From Octopus sinensis (Eukaryota): DNA of 13,696 nt. The DNA is taken from NCBI RefSeq assembly GCF_006345805.1, contig NW_021826197.1, forward strand, positions 1-13,696, given 5' to 3'. How positions within the stretch are numbered: the first letter of the stretch is position 1; each line of letters begins with the position of its first letter. Of the stretch, positions 8,827 through 13,696 are shown in pieces. The translations under genes were made by a program, and so were the position numbers. The notes beneath the pieces were generated by a model that worked only from the letters and a program-made list of their open reading frames with translations, was not told the DNA's origin and did not search any database.

Positions 8827-11800
8827 GGTTACTATTATTAATCTTGTAGTTGAAAACTGGGTTTTCGGATCTTGTACTGGTGTTAGATTTTTGTCATATA
8901 AATCATCTTAACTATGCTCTTGGATCTTTATTAAGTGAAGTCAGAAATTGTAAGTTTAAAGCTCAAATTTCCTTCTGGTGAGAACAGGAAGAAAACATTT
9001 TCAGTGAGATATACAAATAATCACAACTAAAATAAATATAAAATTTAAGAAACTGTAGAAAGACTACAGGAAAACTACAGACAATTTCTTGTAAAATATG
9101 AAATGCATATCTATGAAAAAGAAAAATGTAATGAAAATATAATACTATAAAAATATAAGGTATAAAATTATAGAAATCAATGTAAAATTGTAAAATGATA
9201 TTAATAAAACTAGTAAATTTTGTAAAATTTAGGAAAATGAAGATAAACTATAGAAAATGTAATAAAACTATAACTAGACTATAGGAAAACTTTTAAAATT
9301 GTGAATAATTTATAGGTGAAAAAGAAACAAAATTAAATTAATTGGAAGATAAGAGTAAAATATTTATTTGAAAGAAATATTAGCTAAAGAACAATATTGT
9401 AATTTACAATGAAGGAATGAAAGTTTGAAGAAGAAAGAAAGAAAGAAAAAATAAAGGAGGAGGTTTTTTTTCATGGAAAGAATTAAGAAGAGATAGAATA
9501 TGACAAAAGAAATAATGTACAAAGAAAGAATGAATGCATTAAATAATGTATTAGAATAAACAAAATTAAGAATGAGCATGAAGAAAAATTATGAGTTCTT
9601 GAGATGTATGCACATGTGTGTATATAATATATAATATATATATATATATATATTATATATCATATGAGTATGTGAGTGAATGCATATGAAATTAATGAGA
9701 TTGAAAGAAATATTAAAGAGAAAAATAAATTATTAATTTGGAAAGAATGCAAAGAAAATATCTCAGATTAAAGGAATGAAAGAAAAAATTAAGGAATGAA
9801 GAAATGAATAAGTTGTGTCTGTGGAAACAACATCAAAAGGAAGGAAGGAAATGGTAAACACAGGAAGAATAGCTGACCAAAGAAGGAAGGAGAAAAGAAT
9901 AAGCTACAGGAAAATCAAAGTAGAAAGGAGGAAGAAAATAAGGGGAGAAAGAAGGAAAGAAAAGAAACAGTAAGAAGTGAAGGAAAATTTAGGCAAGAGT
10001 TGTGTGAAATAATAGGAAGAAAATATTATGAGGCTGGATGAAAGAAATACAAGATTTATGAATATATTTTCAACTCTGTGTGGATACATACATATATGTA
10101 TGTAAATGTGTGTGTGTGCGTGTGTGTATGTGTATGTATTAGCAATTGTGTTCTGTGTACATATCAGAAGGACAGAGTGATTGAGTGAGATGAAAAATGA
10201 GACAAAATAAAACTTAATAACTGAAATAGATATTGAAATGGTTCAGGTATAACTCGAATAAGCAAGGAAAATATAAAGAAATGAAGGTAGAAAAATGAAG
10301 GTAGAATGAAGATTTCCAAGAATAAAGGCAATAGAAAAAACCAGAAACAGAAAGAATGGTAATAAACAAAGGAAGGAGAAAATCAAAGGGAACTCTAAAC
10401 TGAAAGTATGGAAAGACTAATAGAAAGTTGAAAAATAATATATAATAAAATAAATGAAATATGAAAGAAATGAAGAAGTTTGGGTAGAAGAATGCAGAAG
10501 AATAAGGAATAAGAAGAAAAAAAGATTGGAAAAATAGGAGCAAAAAGTGGAAGAGTGTTACGGAAAATCTAAAAATTATACATAACAAGGAAAAAAGAAT
10601 GGAATTCGAATGAAGAAGAATGAAAGACTTACAAAACAAAATAAAGGATTAATGAATGATGAAAGAATAAATTGAATGAAATAGAGTGAAAATCTATTAT
10701 TTTATGTAAAGCCTAAAATATTTTTAGGGGCAGAGTGCTATATAAATGAATCCCCAGCATATAACTGGTTAATATATTGAAATGTTAAGATATAGATGGA
10801 ATTATTAAGCTAAACTTAGGAAGCTTTTAGTACAAAGTGAAGAAAAATTAAACTAAAGAGGGTTAGTATTGTGTTAAACCAATTTGGACTAGTTACTTGA
10901 TATAGGGTATAAAAAATGGTACAATTAGAAAGGATAGATAGAGTTGGTCAAAGAAAGAGTAAATATGTGAGGAAAAAGAAATCAAGGAATTTAATGAAGG
11001 AAAAGGAATGAATGAAAAGGAAATGAAGAATTTTAAGGAATAAACAAGAGAAAAATATAAATAGAAAAGAAATATACTGACAGAATAATTTGGAAGAATT
11101 AATTTTAAGTAAAGAAAAATAATGAGAATTGTAGAATATTATGCAGGCTGTTATGAAAGGAAGAAAACAATTGAAAATAAAGATAAGTTAAAAATTAAAA
11201 TGGAAAGTAAACAATGTGAAGTGGAATCAAATATTAGTATAAACTAAATTATTAATATACATAAATACATAAGTTTATGTGCATGTGTGTGTGTGTGCAT
11301 GTATATGTGCGTGTGTGTGAGTCAGTGAGTCTGTAACTAAATAAAAAGGTAACAACATGTTATTTTGTTACTTTCAGGATGTAAAGCAAATAAAATATCA
11401 GAACAAATCAGGAAAAGGAAAAAACACGAATAAATAATATTTTTTTAAATGGTTGCAAAAATTAAAAAAAAACTTAAGTGAAGTTTGAAAGAATTTTTAA
11501 AATTTCAAAATGTTTGAAGAACATTGATAGAGAGTTAAATTATAAAAGAAATGAGGATTGAAATTATGATATACATTTTTAAAAGGTTAAAATTGAAGAA
11601 ATATAATTAAAAAAATTTTTCAGTAATGAATGAAAGGGAAACATAGAACTAACCAATTAAGGGAAAATATTAATGAAATATAGAGAGAGAGCAAAACATA
11701 TAAGCAAAAAGTCTGAGACAACAGAAGGTGTTATAGGATGAAATGAGATACTGGGAGGAAAGAAAGAAATGGTGTTTGGTAAAGAGAAAGGGACAATATA

Positions 11801-11904
11801 CTGGGAAGAAGATAAAACAAACAATATGCGGAATGAATATAAACAAAGAAATGCACTAAGATAATGTTTGGTAGAAGTGAATGCAAAAGTGAAATTGGAC
11901 AAAC

Positions 11905-12200
11905 ACGTACATATTTGCACATTCAAACACACACACATATATATAGATACATATATATATATATATATATACATACATACATACATATATATAAATACAT
12001 ATATATGTATATATATATACACATATACAAAGAGAGAGTGGGATAGGGGGAGATATAGATATATTATATAGATAGATATATATGTATGTATGTATGTATC
12101 TATCTGTCTGTGCGTGTGTGTGTATATATATACACACACATATATATATATATATAACATATGTATAAATATATATAGATGTAAGTATATATATAACAAG
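11905..12200. repeat. CA/TA/GATA/TATG/TG compound microsatellite
   Basis: Direct reading of sequence. Confidence 0.9.
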
Positions 12201-12271
12201 ATATCTAAAGATGTGTGGATGTGACGTGCATGTGTACCAATATTAATACAATGTCTTCATATATTTATATA

Positions 12272-12316
12272 CTTTCCTTCATTTCAGCCACGTGGCTGTG
12301 GTCATGCAGGAGCACC
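12272..12316 (-). mobile_element. Truncated SINE 3' end fragment, same family end as 171-215
   Basis: CTTTCCTTCATTTCAGCCACGTGGCTGTGGTCATGCAGGAGCACC is similar to CTTTTACTTGTTTCATCAATCCAACTGTGGCTATGCTGGGACACT at 171-215 within this window. Confidence 0.6.
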
Positions 12317-12323
12317 ATATAAT

Positions 12324-12382
12324 ATCTATCTATCTATCTATCTATCTATCTGTCTGTCTGTCTCCTCTCTCTCTCTCTCTCA
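12324..12382. repeat. (TATC)n-(TGTC)-(TC)n microsatellite
   Basis: Direct reading of sequence. Confidence 0.9.
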
Positions 12383-12482
12383 TTTTCCTTTTTATATTAT
12401 CATATATGAGGTGTGGTGGTGTTATATATATATCATACATATTGTTATATATGTATATATAATATATATATATATAATGTCT

Positions 12483-12540
12483 GCATGGTCCAACCCATGC
12501 TAGCATGGAAAGCAGTCGTTAAACGATAATGATGATGATG
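12483..12540 (+). mobile_element. Retroposon 3' tail fragment with stem-loop and (GAT)n tail, copy 1
   Basis: GTCCAACCCATGCTAGCATGGAAAGCAGTCGTTAAACGATAATGATGATGATG: perfect 14-bp palindrome CCATGCTAGCATGG (12495-12508) followed by a triplet tail. It resembles an Octopus SINE/LINE 3' end as I recall it (GTCCAACCCATGCCAGCATGGAAAACGGACGTTAAACGATGATGATG). Confidence 0.65.
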
Positions 12541-12844
12541 TGTGTGTGTATATATATGCAGATGTCTATAATACATTTAATACATACATAGACATATGCA
12601 CACACACACATATATGTATATGGTCATATGAATTAAAGGTATCATAGATACATGCATATATTTTTTACATATATATACATATATATATATGCACACACAT
12701 ATATATTTGAATATGTGAGTTGGCATGCATTTGTATATAAATGTAAGTGTGTGTATGAATATGCACATTCATTTCAATCTATTTTAATTATAAAAGTCAC
12801 TGATTTAATAAATAAAATGCAAATGAATTTCTATCTATCTCTCC

Positions 12845-12877
<33 letters not shown>

Positions 12878-12884
12878 ATATGTG

Positions 12885-12928
<44 letters not shown>

Positions 12929-12931
12929 GTC

Positions 12932-12989
12932 GCATGGTCCAACCCATGCTAGCATGGAAAGCAGTCGTTAAACGATAATGATGATGATG
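12932..12989 (+). mobile_element. Retroposon 3' tail fragment, copy 2 (part of the tandem duplication)
   Basis: Identical to 12483-12540, offset 449 bp. Confidence 0.65.
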
Positions 12990-13325
12990 TGTGTGTGTAT
13001 ATATATGCAGATGTCTATAATACATTAATACATACATAGACATATGCACACACACACCATATGTATTATGGTCATATGAATTAAGGTATCATAGATACAT
13101 GCATATATTTTTTACATATATATACATATATATATATGCACACACATATATATGTGTTAATATGGGAGTTGGCATGCATTGTATATAAATGTAAGTGTGT
13201 GTATGAATATGCCATTCATTTAATCTATTTAATATAAAAGTCACTGAATTTAATAAATAAAATGCAAATGAATTTCTATCTCCTCTCCATCTATCTATCT
13301 ATCTATCTATCTTATATATCTATAT

Positions 13326-13377
<52 letters not shown>

Positions 13378-13696
13378 TACAAGCACACGTGGTGAATGCA
13401 AAATAGAAACACGCAAACAAAGATGAACACATGTATAAATGCAGCATCTCTATACATGCACATATATGCATGAATATATGCACTCATATGAACATACATA
13501 TGTGCATGCATTGCCAAAAATATATACGTATATACATTTATAAAAACACATGCATGTACATCCGTTTACTGTATACACCAGTTTATGTATACAAAAAAAT
13601 ATACACAATTAAAATTAACTAAACTGAATGAAAGGTGTAAAACCCTTAAAAATTGCTTTGTGGGTTATATCTGTATATGTGTGTGTGTGTGCATGC

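Larger units (their letters stand above)
7270..11900 (+). other. Purine/A-rich skewed block interrupted by microsatellites and SINEs; possibly an ancient retroelement remnant
   Basis: The plus strand is strongly A>T and G>C outside the insertions. The skew is directly visible; the retroelement origin is only a weak inference (see findings). Confidence 0.6.
12483..13372. repeat. Tandem duplication of a ~449-bp unit (12483-12931 and 12932-about 13372)
   Basis: Colinear unique segments are repeated, e.g. GCAGATGTCTATAATACA, GGTATCATAGATACATGC, GAGTTGGCATGCA, AAAGTCACTGA, TAAAATGCAAATGAATTTCTATC. The junctions lie in (TA)n tracts. Confidence 0.95.

Noticed and set aside
11360-11386. TTATTTTGTTACTTTCAG-GAT-GTAAAG resembling a 3-nt microexon
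   Set aside because: Such matches are frequent in AT-rich DNA, the donor is weak, and no host gene is visible; only junction-spanning RNA-seq reads could rescue it.
11748-11880. Short repeats ATACTGGGA (twice) and TGTTTGGTA (twice), and peptide hints such as RNGV and GMNINK
   Set aside because: Too short, and out of order relative to the RTE-like hints upstream; consistent with chance in A-rich sequence.
334-13622. All I/Y/C/V/M/H/T-rich ORFs in the six-frame track (e.g. 1886-2254, 2281-2646, 5755-6117, 11657-12199)
   Set aside because: Translations of (TA)n/(CA)n/(TG)n/(GATA)n arrays, which lack stop codons in most frames; no protein-like complexity or domain.

Overview
Non-coding, very AT-rich eukaryotic DNA (roughly 25-30% GC by eye), dominated by (TA)n, (CA/TG)n, (GATA)n, (GA)n and (ATT/ATC)n microsatellite mosaics. 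Several decayed tRNA-derived SINE copies or fragments resemble, from my memory of those families and not from a search, the abundant SINEs of Octopus genomes, so this is most likely cephalopod intronic or intergenic sequence. I find no credible protein-coding gene, tRNA/rRNA gene, CRISPR array or intact transposon: every ORF in the supplied track is explained by microsatellite translation or pyrimidine-rich composition. Non-trivial structures that are present: (1) a 133-166 bp palindrome with 46-bp arms filling an island between two (TA)n arrays (MITE-like or long RNA hairpin); (2) a ~449-bp tandem duplication whose indel-dominated differences suggest a long-read assembly artefact; (3) a cryptic 31-33 bp x7 minisatellite; (4) kilobase-scale T-rich then A-rich skewed blocks carrying faint, unproven RTE-LINE-like peptide remnants. 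I do not see evidence for a new multi-gene biological system.
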